From: a virus
Direction: 5' to 3' (one strand)
Length of the DNA: 64,000 nucleotides
Virus record (IMG/VR): IMGVR_UViG_3300031669_000016
Location: 1-64,000 of that record
The translations under genes and the position numbers were made by a program. The stretch's first letter is position 1; each line of letters starts with the position of its first letter. A model generated the notes under the pieces. That model searched no databases, was not told the origin of the DNA, and worked only from the letters and a program-made list of their open reading frames with translations. This document shows, in pieces, positions 9,922 through 19,924 of this stretch.

Positions 9922-10332
9922 ATGGCATCTGGAATCTACAATCGCTTCAAGGCCAATCTGATGAACAAGGTGGTGGATCTGGAGGCAGACACCATCATGT
10001 GCGCCCTCATGGACGACTCCCATGCATTCACGGCCACACACAACCTCTGGGGCGAGGTGTCGGCCAATGACATCGGGGACAAGGTCGTCTATACAGTTGG
10101 TGGCATCGCGCTCGGAGGCAAGGCGGTGACGCAGGGAGCGACAACCAAGTTCGCTGCGACCGACTTCGAGGCCGGCCCAGGTGAGACACTTTCTGCCTAT
10201 CATGCCGTGCTGTGGGATGACCTCGCCGCCGATGAGCTGATCTGCTCCATCGATTTCGGTGGGATACAGGCCTGTACCAACGGCACGTTCAAGATCCAGT
10301 GGCACGTCGACGGGATTATCAATCTGACCTAA
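9922..10332 (+). CDS. small virion structural protein
   Basis: 136 aa (MASGIYNRFKANLMNKVVDLEADTIMCALM...LICSIDFG...GTFKIQW), a pattern common in phage structural modules. Confidence 0.6.
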   Translation: MASGIYNRFKANLMNKVVDLEADTIMCALMDDSHAFTATHNLWGEVSANDIGDKVVYTVGGIALGGKAVTQGATTKFAATDFEAGPGETLSAYHAVLWDDLAADELICSIDFGGIQACTNGTFKIQWHVDGIINLT

Positions 10333-10360
10333 CGGGGCGTAGAAGAACGGAGACTGCGCA

Positions 10361-11377
10361 ATGCCGCCGCTGATCCAACAGAATAATACGAGCCATGGCC
10401 AAGAGTTCCTGATGGTGGATGAGGTCGATGGGCACACAAAAAAGACCGGTCTTACACCGACCGTCACGCTCTGGAAACAGGGCGCGTCGGATTGGATCAA
10501 TGCCGCTGGTGAGATCGTCGAACTCGGCAAGGGCCTCTATGAATTACTGTTTGCTCTCTCCGATGTTGACACCCTCGGCAAGTTCATCCTCCATGCCGAG
10601 GCCGAAGGTGCTAACGATACCGATGTTAGCTGCCGTATCGTCACCTACGATCCCTATCTGGGCACCGCGGCCGCGGCCCAGTACGCTATCGTCGCCGAGG
10701 CTGGGGTGGTCGCAGAGGTCCGACAAGCCGCAGGCGATTTGGGATTGTATCGAAGCCATATCGTACCTATCGGGATGGTCAACGGTGTGAACAAGCGGTT
10801 TCAGAGTCCACTTGTACCCTTGGCGGCAGATGCAAAGCTCTACAACGCCGCAACGGGCGACCAGATCAGTACCGGCTTCGCGCTCGATCCCGATACAGGA
10901 ATGCTGGTCTACTCAACAGCTCCGTCTGCGGCGAGTCAACATTACTTGGAGGGGATGCTGTACCGCTACCGCTCAACCCAGGTCGGCATTGCGTTGAAGC
11001 AGGCCGGTCTGTGGCTTTACGGCATGTGGGGAGCGACCGCCTATGTCGTCTCTGAGTCAGGTGGTATCGTGACGTTAGCGCCCCAACCGAGTGGACTCGA
11101 TTGGCCCATTTTGGTGATTGCGGGCGCACGATTCCTGTTGAGTACACGTTGGGCCGATGCGGCCTCGGACGCGGTACGACTGAGTGATGCGGCTGGTCAG
11201 ATTGATACGACATCACGCGCCTCGCGGCTCGGGGAGGTCGTAAAGGCACTCGATACCCAACTCTTTATCTTGGCCCAAGACGCTGGCTATACCTTGCCGG
11301 TGCTACCGGCGAGTACTGACGGTTCACTCTATCAGGGCCAGGCCTGGTCAGTCGAACGGTATGGAGATATTCCATAA
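10361..11377 (+). CDS. putative head-tail adaptor with N-terminal beta-sandwich domain
   Basis: 338 aa; neck-module position. Confidence 0.4.
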   Translation: MPPLIQQNNTSHGQEFLMVDEVDGHTKKTGLTPTVTLWKQGASDWINAAGEIVELGKGLYELLFALSDVDTLGKFILHAEAEGANDTDVSCRIVTYDPYLGTAAAAQYAIVAEAGVVAEVRQAAGDLGLYRSHIVPIGMVNGVNKRFQSPLVPLAADAKLYNAATGDQISTGFALDPDTGMLVYSTAPSAASQHYLEGMLYRYRSTQVGIALKQAGLWLYGMWGATAYVVSESGGIVTLAPQPSGLDWPILVIAGARFLLSTRWADAASDAVRLSDAAGQIDTTSRASRLGEVVKALDTQLFILAQDAGYTLPVLPASTDGSLYQGQAWSVERYGDIP

Positions 11378-11805
11378 TGCTGGGTACTACTACGCGACAA
11401 CATATCTTAGCAGAACGCCAAGGCGAGATCGCGGGAGCCGAGTATGGCTACTTCGAGCTGGAGACCGTGATTGCAACCGGTTCGTACTCGGATGCGGATC
11501 CGGCTGGTCGTGGCATCACAGCTGCTAAGGCATACCAAGCCATTCCGGGACGGGTGGTTTGGCGTGGGACAACTCGCAGAATCTTCGCTGGTGGTGTCTA
11601 CGAGTACCATCGCGCCGATGTCGCAATCATGGGTATAGCCCCTCTCTACGCATCGGTCCTAGAGTCGGGACGACACCTTCGAGTGCCTAAGTCAAGTGCG
11701 GTTGGGGATGCACTCGAAACCTGCCGTATCCTCGAAACTGTCGTTGATCCCACCTCCGGCAGCGTTACCATCTACGCCATTCATGTCAAGTCGTCACAGC
11801 AATAA
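11377..11805 (+). CDS. putative head closure protein
   Basis: 142 aa, TAATG coupling; size and synteny. Confidence 0.4.
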   Translation: MLGTTTRQHILAERQGEIAGAEYGYFELETVIATGSYSDADPAGRGITAAKAYQAIPGRVVWRGTTRRIFAGGVYEYHRADVAIMGIAPLYASVLESGRHLRVPKSSAVGDALETCRILETVVDPTSGSVTIYAIHVKSSQQ

Positions 11806-11807
11806 GG

Positions 11808-12290
11808 GTGAGTCAGATGCCAGAAGCGCGTGTGGAGCAACTTTGCGTCGCTGTAGATCAGCACTTGTCGGATTTCATGCGCAACTACCAAGAGTCGGTT
11901 GAGAATCTGCTCAGTGCGGATCGTTTAGGTGCCATTCTTGTCAACGATCGCTTTATCAACGGACTACAGGCCGACATCGAAGCTTTCTTACGTAAGCATC
12001 CGCGTCTCTCCCGCAAGCTCTCGCCGACTGCTATGAGGGTAGTGGCCTCCGCGCTTACCGAGGGCGAACGCACCGAGCTTTGGAACTATCTGGCCCCCCT
12101 GATCAAGCGGCGGCTGGATCGAGCGGACTGGCGGCGTAGTGCTGATGCCTCCCGCGCCGCGGTAAGAGAACTGATCGAGAAGCATCTTCGAGCCGATCTG
12201 AGACGGCACGTCGCCATGCTGAATGATAGGTTGAAGACGCTGGGCCATCTACTCATACTACTGCAAGAAAGGGATCGTGGTGGGAGTTGA
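11808..12290 (+). CDS. hypothetical helical protein
   Basis: 160 aa in operon. Confidence 0.45.
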   Translation: MSQMPEARVEQLCVAVDQHLSDFMRNYQESVENLLSADRLGAILVNDRFINGLQADIEAFLRKHPRLSRKLSPTAMRVVASALTEGERTELWNYLAPLIKRRLDRADWRRSADASRAAVRELIEKHLRADLRRHVAMLNDRLKTLGHLLILLQERDRGGS

Positions 12291-13008
12291 GATTAGACTA
12301 ACACCGTATGGGTCGAGCCGCACCCGGCGGTTCGTCCAAGCCGTTGACTACGCCTGTCGCGCCACCGCGATGGAGGCGCTGCGGCGTTATCGACTGCGCG
12401 TCCTGGCACGGATGCCTGGGCAGACAACGGCTGGGGCTATCCAGCGCGCGCCGCGTGACGTCTTCGTCGGCCACCCAACCGAGGCGGAGCGTCCACACGT
12501 CTATGATGTTGTCGCACGGCCCGACATGGGCCAGGCCGTGATACTGCAGAACACGCAATCCTGGGCCTATTTCGGCAACCGTCACATCCTTGATGCCGAC
12601 ACCGCACCGATGTACTGGCGCGGTGAGTGGACGGGTGGTGAGCGCGGACAAGGCGAATTGGTCCGTCAGGACGAGCCACCTATTTGGGCCATCATCGAGT
12701 ACGGCGCGGGCGAACACCCTATCTCTCCTCGTGGTGGTCGGACCCTGCTCCGTTTCCGTGATCAGCGTAGTGGTGAGATCGTGTACCGTCCCCGAGTTGA
12801 GCGACATCCCGGCGCATTCCGCAAAGAAGGTGTACGTTTGGGCCACTTCGGCTCATTGGTGAGTTTCCGTCAGCTCCAAGGTGTGGCCCAAGAACTCAAT
12901 GCCGAGCCGTTCGGACGCGCCCCATTCCGTGTGGCGCATTGGCAGACCGTTGCCGAGGTGCAGACAATGTTTCGAGGCGCTTTGATCGCTTATACGAGGG
13001 GGATCTGA
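12277..13008 (+). CDS. putative neck/tail completion protein (HK97 gp10-like)
   Basis: WAIIEYGAGEHPISPRGGRTLLRF...VERHPG pattern. Confidence 0.55.
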   Translation: MVGVEIRLTPYGSSRTRRFVQAVDYACRATAMEALRRYRLRVLARMPGQTTAGAIQRAPRDVFVGHPTEAERPHVYDVVARPDMGQAVILQNTQSWAYFGNRHILDADTAPMYWRGEWTGGERGQGELVRQDEPPIWAIIEYGAGEHPISPRGGRTLLRFRDQRSGEIVYRPRVERHPGAFRKEGVRLGHFGSLVSFRQLQGVAQELNAEPFGRAPFRVAHWQTVAEVQTMFRGALIAYTRGI

Positions 13009-13586
13009 TGACACAACCAGCATACCGCGAAGCCTCGATTACAGAGCATGTGCGACAAAGCCTGGGCTTCCACATCCGCACCGGGACCGTGGAGACCTAT
13101 GACCTAGCGACTGGTGTATATGCCGAGCGGAAACTTACTGACATCGTACCCGGCATCATCATTCGACCTGCCTCACGCACCTACCGCGGCATGCCGACGA
13201 TTGATCTGCGGGACAACGAAGATCTCAAGCCCTATGTCACCTGGACGAAACGCGCCGACGGGCCGATTCAAGACGCGCTCTATGGCGGCGGACACAAAGA
13301 CGTCTCGTACTGGGAGATTGATGTGCGGCTCGGTGAGCAGACCGTGTTTCAACGTGACGCCGTCGAGGACTGGCTGACCGCGTTTTTGGGTGCCAAGGAA
13401 ACCAAGGACGTCTACTTCTACCATTACGATTCCGAGGCGGCACCCTCGGTGAGCCGAGGCGATGTGATCGCGACCATGCTGATTCAAGACGTGGTTAGCC
13501 AAGACCATCTTGACGTCGCCATGGCACGTGGCGAGGATAGCTGGTTGGTTCTCAACTTCACGGTCAAAGTACCAAAACTGGGGTGA
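13008..13586 (+). CDS. putative tail terminator protein
   Basis: TGATG coupling, start MTQPAYRE; follows the neck gene. Confidence 0.45.
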   Translation: MTQPAYREASITEHVRQSLGFHIRTGTVETYDLATGVYAERKLTDIVPGIIIRPASRTYRGMPTIDLRDNEDLKPYVTWTKRADGPIQDALYGGGHKDVSYWEIDVRLGEQTVFQRDAVEDWLTAFLGAKETKDVYFYHYDSEAAPSVSRGDVIATMLIQDVVSQDHLDVAMARGEDSWLVLNFTVKVPKLG

Positions 13587-15097
13587 TTCGGTTGGGCAAA
13601 CCTATTAGGATAGGATGGTTCTCGGATTGGGCCTACGCACCCACCGGATTCGGGACTGTCGCACGTAATGTACTCACACGGCTCAACGCCATGCCCGAGT
13701 TCGAGGTCCGGCAACTTGCCATAGGCTATGATCCGTGGCAGGCCTTAGGAGCAGTCAAAGATCCGGTTCAGTATCGAGAAGCCGTTGATCGTTTCCGAGA
13801 CACGCGCGTCGACGGGTGGTCTCGTGATCTGCCAAGTCCGGTCGGCTTTCCATGCGATTCACCCCTTGATGCCAACGACTACGGACAGTCATCTCTGCAG
13901 CTCTGGATCGACCGCTTCGCCATAGACGTGCTGGTCTGCAACTTCGATCCGTGGATGACGGCGTGGATGCCGTGTCAGGGTACGCAGCAAAACCTTCGTT
14001 GTCCAGTCATCTACTACCAGCCCATTGACGGCGAGGTCTGGGGCCATCATCTCCCGATCCATCTCTTCAAGTTGCCGAAGCGGAGACTCGCCCGTATCGC
14101 CTGGCGTGACTTCATGCTGGCCCAAGAATACACCGTTCTCTACGGTGACTGGGCACGGCAACTATTCCTCGACGAACTCGATGAAGGTGAGCGCGCCAAA
14201 CTCGACGGCCGATTAGATGTCATCCCCCACGGCGTAGACCTCAAGACATTCGTGCCAGGATCGAAGATAGCGGCAAGGCAGACTCTTGGACTTCCAGAGA
14301 ACGCCTACATCATCGGAATGGTGGCGACAAATCAAGCGCGCAAGAACTGGCCCGATTTCCTGAAAGCGGTCGGCGCGTTCCTACACAGCCACCCCAATGC
14401 TTATCTTGTTCCCTGGACCGAATGGTTACCCTCTATGCCGGGTGGATGGGATCTGACACGTCTGATTCCACTGACCTGTCCGACAAAGCGGGTGGTACGG
14501 ATCGATCTCGCAATGGTAGATGAGACACCACCCGTCGAACTCCTCGCCACGCTGTATCAAGCCTTAGATGTCCACGTCTTATGGTCAATGGGTGAAGGCT
14601 GCGGACTTCCACACCTAGAGGCCCAGGCCTGTGGACGACCCAGCCTAGCAGTTGACTACGCCGGTGTCACCGACTACTTCTCTGATGACTACATGCGTGT
14701 GCCCTATACCGAAACGGTTACCGCATCAGGTAACTGCATCGAACGGGCGCGCGGCGATACCGGCATCTTACTGCAAAAACTGGCCCAGCTCTGTCACGAC
14801 CATGACTTGCGGGATCGTTTAGGGACCAATGCTGCGCACTATGCGCGTGCGCATTGGAACTGGGATCATATCGTGTTGCAATGGCGCGAACTGATCATGC
14901 GTGCGTACAAGGAGGGTCGTCGGTCATGCGATTCAGATGCATCGTCTGCGGCCGAATCGAATCCGGACAGTCCGATGGCTACACCTGCCTTGACTGTGAG
15001 CGTGGAGAGCGGAGACGTCTCCACTGCCGACGAGGAGGTGGGAAGAGGTGGAGAAGCCATGGCGCGGATCGGCCCCGTCTCGTCGCGCGCCAATTGA
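13583..15097 (+). CDS. glycosyltransferase family 4 (GT-B)
   Basis: TGFGTVA, IPHGVDL, NQARKN, EGCGLPHLEAQACG (EX7E) motifs. Confidence 0.9.
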   Translation: MIRLGKPIRIGWFSDWAYAPTGFGTVARNVLTRLNAMPEFEVRQLAIGYDPWQALGAVKDPVQYREAVDRFRDTRVDGWSRDLPSPVGFPCDSPLDANDYGQSSLQLWIDRFAIDVLVCNFDPWMTAWMPCQGTQQNLRCPVIYYQPIDGEVWGHHLPIHLFKLPKRRLARIAWRDFMLAQEYTVLYGDWARQLFLDELDEGERAKLDGRLDVIPHGVDLKTFVPGSKIAARQTLGLPENAYIIGMVATNQARKNWPDFLKAVGAFLHSHPNAYLVPWTEWLPSMPGGWDLTRLIPLTCPTKRVVRIDLAMVDETPPVELLATLYQALDVHVLWSMGEGCGLPHLEAQACGRPSLAVDYAGVTDYFSDDYMRVPYTETVTASGNCIERARGDTGILLQKLAQLCHDHDLRDRLGTNAAHYARAHWNWDHIVLQWRELIMRAYKEGRRSCDSDASSAAESNPDSPMATPALTVSVESGDVSTADEEVGRGGEAMARIGPVSSRAN

Positions 15098-15785
15098 AGG
15101 AAGGGTCGTTGTTTTCCCCATCAAGAACGAGCGATACAGCGATGTCATCGCTTATCTCCAATCCTGGGACGGACGGGCGCGAGAGCTAGTCGTCGTCGCC
15201 GACTGCAAGCCTCTCGTCAAGCAGGCCTTGGAGGGGTGCCGGTTTCCCGGTGGGCTTCGTATCTGGTACGTCGAACAGGACCACTTCCGCTACCGCGGCC
15301 TCTCCGGTGCTTATGAGCAAGGCGTTGTATTCGCGTTGACCCTGCCCATGGCAGAATGGGTCATAACCGTGGATTGTGGGACCTGGCAGCCATCCCAGAT
15401 CACTGCCGCACTTGATGCAACCGTATCGGAGCGTGCTTGGTTTGGTGTGCGTCCACTAACCGGTGGACGTTCCCGCCTCAAACTCTTTCTCACCCAATTC
15501 GGTGGCGCGCTGATCCGCCGTCGCACCGGTGTTGGCATAATCGATCCGACCTGCGGCTATCGGGCCTATGCGGCCGAGACACTACGCGAAATCGACTTCG
15601 CCGCCAACGGCGTCCCTAATCGGCTTTACCACGCCAAGCTCGCAGTACAAGTCCAGTGTGTTGTTGCCCTGGCCTACATCGGCGAGTTTCTCTGTACCCA
15701 CCGCCCGACTCCATCGAAGATGCGGCTGCGCGACGCAGTTACCGCGCTCTGGTACGTACTCCGAGGAGGGTTGGGTCATGTTTGA
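15048..15785 (+). CDS. divergent GT2 / polyprenol-phosphate glycosyltransferase-like
   Basis: VVFPIKNE, VVVAD, VITVDC, DPTCGYRAY motifs. Confidence 0.65.
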   Translation: MEKPWRGSAPSRRAPIEGRVVVFPIKNERYSDVIAYLQSWDGRARELVVVADCKPLVKQALEGCRFPGGLRIWYVEQDHFRYRGLSGAYEQGVVFALTLPMAEWVITVDCGTWQPSQITAALDATVSERAWFGVRPLTGGRSRLKLFLTQFGGALIRRRTGVGIIDPTCGYRAYAAETLREIDFAANGVPNRLYHAKLAVQVQCVVALAYIGEFLCTHRPTPSKMRLRDAVTALWYVLRGGLGHV

Positions 15786-16560
15786 TGGACTCGTCAGCGT
15801 TATTGTCACGAGTTGGAACCGTGAAGAGGTGGTTGACTGCCTTGTCTCGATCTCTCGCCACACCGACGAGACTACCTACGAAGTGATTGTGACCGACAAC
15901 GGGTCGGATGAGGGCTTGCAGCGAGAACTCCAAAAATGCCAGCACTGTGGTCTTATCAATAGGTTGCTGTTGCGATCGCCGGGAGACTGCCAGTCCTGGG
16001 CGGCATCAATGAACGAGGCTGTTCTGGCCAGTCAAGGCATGTGGCTGGTCGTTCCGAGCCTTGCCAACGACTTCATCGTCACCCCTAACTGGCTCGGCGC
16101 GATGGGGCAAGTTGCGCGGCGTGACGATGCTAGACGTGTCCACTGGGCATTCGCTGTGACTCAAGATGGACAGCAGATGCAGGCCGAGGGCTTCGGTGGC
16201 TATGTCTTAGAACCGGCGCGCTACGCCCACGATCCAAACGACGATCCCGACTACACCGGACACGCCTTGCTGCACCGCGGTCTGTGGGATGCGGTCGGTC
16301 CCTATGATACCCAGTTCGAGCCGATCTATATGGAGGATGTGGACTGGGGTATTCGACTCCACATGTACTTGTCCAGTGAGATCGATCCTGTAGCGGCCTT
16401 GCAGTACCGGCCCGCCATTCAACTCGTGCCCGACGCTGTTTTGATCCACACCAAGATCCATACCGTTCGAGGTCATGGTGCCGCGATGTGGGGTCGGAAC
16501 CGCGACCGACTCTTAGCGAAGTATCCAGCAATCAAACAAGCACTGGAGGCGCAGCGATGA
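15778..16560 (+). CDS. glycosyltransferase family 2
   Basis: VSVIVTSWN, IVTDNGS, YD..FEPIYMEDVDW motifs. Confidence 0.85.
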   Translation: MFDGLVSVIVTSWNREEVVDCLVSISRHTDETTYEVIVTDNGSDEGLQRELQKCQHCGLINRLLLRSPGDCQSWAASMNEAVLASQGMWLVVPSLANDFIVTPNWLGAMGQVARRDDARRVHWAFAVTQDGQQMQAEGFGGYVLEPARYAHDPNDDPDYTGHALLHRGLWDAVGPYDTQFEPIYMEDVDWGIRLHMYLSSEIDPVAALQYRPAIQLVPDAVLIHTKIHTVRGHGAAMWGRNRDRLLAKYPAIKQALEAQR

Positions 16561-16940
16561 CAGATGTGAAGCTTCGAGTCTGGGTTTCTGGCTTCGAGGA
16601 GACCTCTCTCATAGAGGCGGCGTTGAGTGATGTCGGTTTCATCCCAGTAGTCAATCGACCGCAGCGTGTAGTCGGTGGACACGGCCACGCCGGCGTCGAG
16701 CTCTGGAAAGAGGGGATCCGCCGCGCCGATATCGTTCTGATCAATGCGGAATGCCGCGGCATCGAGACCGGTATGGAGTTGATGTATGCCGTTGTCCTCA
16801 ACAAGATGTGTATCGTCGTCGGCGACACTGCCGCTGCAATGCCATGGCTGACCGTGCACTGCACCGCAACCTTCCCGACATGGCCGAGTGCCGTCGCCTT
16901 TTTGGGTGAGTACCAAAAGATCGGAGTTGAGCCATGCTAG
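16557..16940 (+). CDS. nucleoside 2-deoxyribosyltransferase / nucleotide N-glycosidase-like protein
   Basis: IRRADIVLIN...GIETGMELMYAVVLNKMCIVV matches the NDT-family GT-xE-xG-YA pattern. Confidence 0.6.
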   Translation: MTDVKLRVWVSGFEETSLIEAALSDVGFIPVVNRPQRVVGGHGHAGVELWKEGIRRADIVLINAECRGIETGMELMYAVVLNKMCIVVGDTAAAMPWLTVHCTATFPTWPSAVAFLGEYQKIGVEPC

Positions 16941-17611
16941 TCGGTATGACCATACCGGTTCTCGTCAACTTCTCAGGCCTCATCGAACTGCTCAATACCG
17001 TCCGCACCGCACACAGCATCCGTTACCATATCGTTGATAATTCCACAGCCAATCACTCCGTGGCGGAGTCGTGGAATCTGGGTTGCCGCACCCTCTTCGA
17101 TGCGGGTTGCGATGTTGTCATCGTCGCCAACGACGACATCGTGTTGTGTCCACACAGCATCGACAACCTCGTTGACTGCTGGCGCGAAACCGATGCGTGG
17201 ATAGTGACAGCCGCCAACCTCCGCGGTGGACCCAGCTCAGAGCAGGTCAAGATAATGGTGCCCAAACCTCCCTATCGGGTCCATGCCCACCCTGACTTCA
17301 GCTTCTTTCTGTTGCCGCGCCACACATGGGACAGAGTCGGCGAGTTCGATGAGAACTTTCTACGCGCCTACTTCGAGGACAACGACTACCACGCCCGCGT
17401 CGTCCTCGCCGGTGGCACAGCTGTTTCAACCAGTGCCGCACCGATGTACCACTATGGTGGAGGCACCCAGAACCACGGTGTCACGCCTGTCGTGTCTGGA
17501 AACGAGTTCTCTGCAAACGCGGCCTATTTCCAGCGCAAATGGGGCCATGCCGTCGTCACCGAGGAGAGTTTGATGCGGCAGCATTACTATCCCACCCCGT
17601 TCAAACCATAG
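16934..17611 (+). CDS. glycosyltransferase family 2
   Basis: IVDNS, SVAESWNLG, ANDDI (DXD), FDENF..YFEDNDY motifs. Confidence 0.88.
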   Translation: MLVGMTIPVLVNFSGLIELLNTVRTAHSIRYHIVDNSTANHSVAESWNLGCRTLFDAGCDVVIVANDDIVLCPHSIDNLVDCWRETDAWIVTAANLRGGPSSEQVKIMVPKPPYRVHAHPDFSFFLLPRHTWDRVGEFDENFLRAYFEDNDYHARVVLAGGTAVSTSAAPMYHYGGGTQNHGVTPVVSGNEFSANAAYFQRKWGHAVVTEESLMRQHYYPTPFKP

Positions 17612-17695
17612 TCTGGTACAACCCCAACTCACCATTCAGGGGCAACGACTGCGTTAGGTCGCCATATCTCTATAGAGAGGAGGTGGACTTGAAGG

Positions 17696-18496
17696 ATGCC
17701 TATTGAGAGCAGAATGACTGCTATGGTGATGAAGCGGAAGCGTCTGATCGTTGACGGTATGCCCGTCGGCGCGCTTTCCGGCCTCGACTTCGACCCCAAC
17801 GTCATCGAGGTGAGCCGTGACGTCTACGGCGACGTCGACGGCATTAGCATGGCGACGTATGGTTCGGGTCCGCAAAGCGTGGATATCATCGAAGATCCGA
17901 ACAGCCCGCTCGTCAACGAAATGTTCGCCGGTATCCCTGATCGGGACCCGACGACCCCGGTGCTGGCGCGTGCAGGCAGTGGGGTGACCCCGCGCTTCGC
18001 CATAGTCGAAACGCTGAATGAGGACCACAACGGCTACGCGAACGGCAGCACCTATTTGGGCAGCTGGGCGGCCGTGTTCGGAACTGCCCGGAACGATCCG
18101 GCAGGGGAGGCGGTGCGCACCATTCGCGGCAACGCCGGTGTGCCTCTGGAGTGCCTTGAGGGTGGCCAGTTCCTTTCCCGCCGCGTCACACTGTCGAGTG
18201 GTGGTGGCGGCTGGACCGGTACGTGGACCAGTCCGGTCCCGCTCCTGATCCCGCAGAAGAGTGACCACTACGCGGTTTACTTGGAGATCCAGCACGGCGA
18301 TGGCTACGACCGTGTGGCCCAGGAGATCGCTGTCGACGACACCAATGTCGACGTGGCCAAGACGATCACGATTCCGCATACCGACGTGATCGATGCCGGA
18401 TTTGGCGGTGCGACGGGTACGGAGGTCTCGGCGTGGGTCATCTTCCTCCACAGCGAATCCGCTCTGCAGACCCACGAGTACCGTTGGGGCGCGTAA
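17696..18496 (+). CDS. probable major tail (tube) protein
   Basis: 266 aa, GGAGGTGG RBS, upstream of chaperone and tape measure, followed by a strong hairpin. Confidence 0.55.
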   Translation: MPIESRMTAMVMKRKRLIVDGMPVGALSGLDFDPNVIEVSRDVYGDVDGISMATYGSGPQSVDIIEDPNSPLVNEMFAGIPDRDPTTPVLARAGSGVTPRFAIVETLNEDHNGYANGSTYLGSWAAVFGTARNDPAGEAVRTIRGNAGVPLECLEGGQFLSRRVTLSSGGGGWTGTWTSPVPLLIPQKSDHYAVYLEIQHGDGYDRVAQEIAVDDTNVDVAKTITIPHTDVIDAGFGGATGTEVSAWVIFLHSESALQTHEYRWGA

Positions 18497-18514
18497 CATA
18501 GACCAAGACAATGT

Positions 18515-18549
18515 GGTGGGGGAGAGGGCAAACAACCCTCTCCCCCACC
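18515..18549 (+). terminator. 14-bp perfect hairpin after tail tube gene (terminator or stabiliser, no U-tract)
   Basis: GGTGGGGGAGAGGG-caaacaa-CCCTCTCCCCCACC. Confidence 0.55.
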
Positions 18550-18564
18550 TACTAGGAGGGCGTC

Positions 18565-19764
18565 GTGCAAGACCATGATCCCAAGGAAGTAATCCTCACC
18601 ACGATGGAAGCGTTCGACCCGGCCCGCCAAGATCCCATTGAGCAGATCTCGTTGGGGCGGGACAGTATCGAGATGCGTATCGTCCGCATCTCCGAGATAG
18701 TACGCCAAGCCGTCGAGGCTACACAGCAGCGCTTCGCGCGCGACTTACGAGACCGCTTCATGGGCGAGGTCGAACGCGGCGAACGCTTACTACCCCTAAT
18801 CGAGCGCATCGAAGTCATCAAGGACGAGTTAGGCCTATGGGGCGTTGAAGAGTTGGGCGCGGCGTGGCTATCTGTCTGGACAGCGCGCCAGCCCGAGGAT
18901 GAGGAGCGCAAGCTACCGGAACCGGATCGCTCCGCTTGGGATGAAGCGCAGTACCGCACCGACCTGCTCCGACTCTTCGTCATCGAGACACTCGCCCAGA
19001 TCGAGATGGTGCGCATACCCGCCGTGCTTCCAAAAGCGCTGCTCGATATCGGTCAGCTCAAGTCGTCAGACGAGCTGGACGAGGATGAACAGACCAAGCG
19101 GCTGCTCGAAGTCATAGATCGGGAAACGACGGAGCGGATCCGCCATCTCCGCCAACTGCCCGGCGAACGGGTCTGGAAGCGACTGTATCACGCCGCCGCG
19201 GTCGAACCCGCCTTTGAACAGGCTCAGCAATACACGCGCGTTTTGATGTTGTATGCCTGCGCACGCAAGCTGGATGATCGTAACGCTCCCTTCTTTGATC
19301 TGTCAGCCGTTGGCATCACGTCGATAGCCCAGGCGCTGCGTAGCCCGCAACAGGCATACGACGCCATGCTTGCCGAGTTCAAGGGCGATGAGCGGGTACT
19401 CAACGAAGTGGCCCAACGGGTCGTGATTGTGGGCGGTGCACTCTCACCCGAAATGGCGGCGCGTCTCGAAGAGGCGGCCAAAGAGCCCTTTCGTTCAGGC
19501 CCTTTGCGACATAGCACGGAAACAGGGGCAGGTGCCAGGGTGGGAGGGGACATCGTTGCTGCAAATCCCAGCGAACACGATGTACCTGGCGCGTCGAGCG
19601 TGGTTCTGGGTGGACGCGAAGGAGGCGCTTCGGCAGACCACAAGCCTGGGGCATCCGCGCCCGCCCAAGTGGATCATATCAGATTATCTGACGCAGTTTT
19701 TGGATCTGGTGCAACGGTTGCCTCATCCAGAGGAGGTGGGGGAGTACAAGACGTCGGCGCGTGA
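18565..19764 (+). CDS. tail assembly chaperone (G-like)
   Basis: AGGAGG RBS; lies between tube and tape measure; overlapped by a second protein-like frame. Confidence 0.6.
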   Translation: MQDHDPKEVILTTMEAFDPARQDPIEQISLGRDSIEMRIVRISEIVRQAVEATQQRFARDLRDRFMGEVERGERLLPLIERIEVIKDELGLWGVEELGAAWLSVWTARQPEDEERKLPEPDRSAWDEAQYRTDLLRLFVIETLAQIEMVRIPAVLPKALLDIGQLKSSDELDEDEQTKRLLEVIDRETTERIRHLRQLPGERVWKRLYHAAAVEPAFEQAQQYTRVLMLYACARKLDDRNAPFFDLSAVGITSIAQALRSPQQAYDAMLAEFKGDERVLNEVAQRVVIVGGALSPEMAARLEEAAKEPFRSGPLRHSTETGAGARVGGDIVAANPSEHDVPGASSVVLGGREGGASADHKPGASAPAQVDHIRLSDAVFGSGATVASSRGGGGVQDVGA

Positions 19765-19924
19765 AATAGACTGGGTGTCTTTGTTTGGGGGCCATGTGAT
19801 ACCGCGCTACGATCTCTGGCAGGCTTTGGAGGAAATGGTCTACGGTCATTGCATCGCGGTTGAAGACAACCCAGCAATCGCTGATTATCTGAAGCGACAC
19901 CGCGCCAGACTCCGAGACATTTGA
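19486..19924 (+). CDS. tail assembly chaperone frameshift extension (T-like)
   Basis: The +1-frame ORF 19427..19924 lacks a good RBS; candidate shift site CCC TTT CGT at 19486-19494. Confidence 0.5.
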
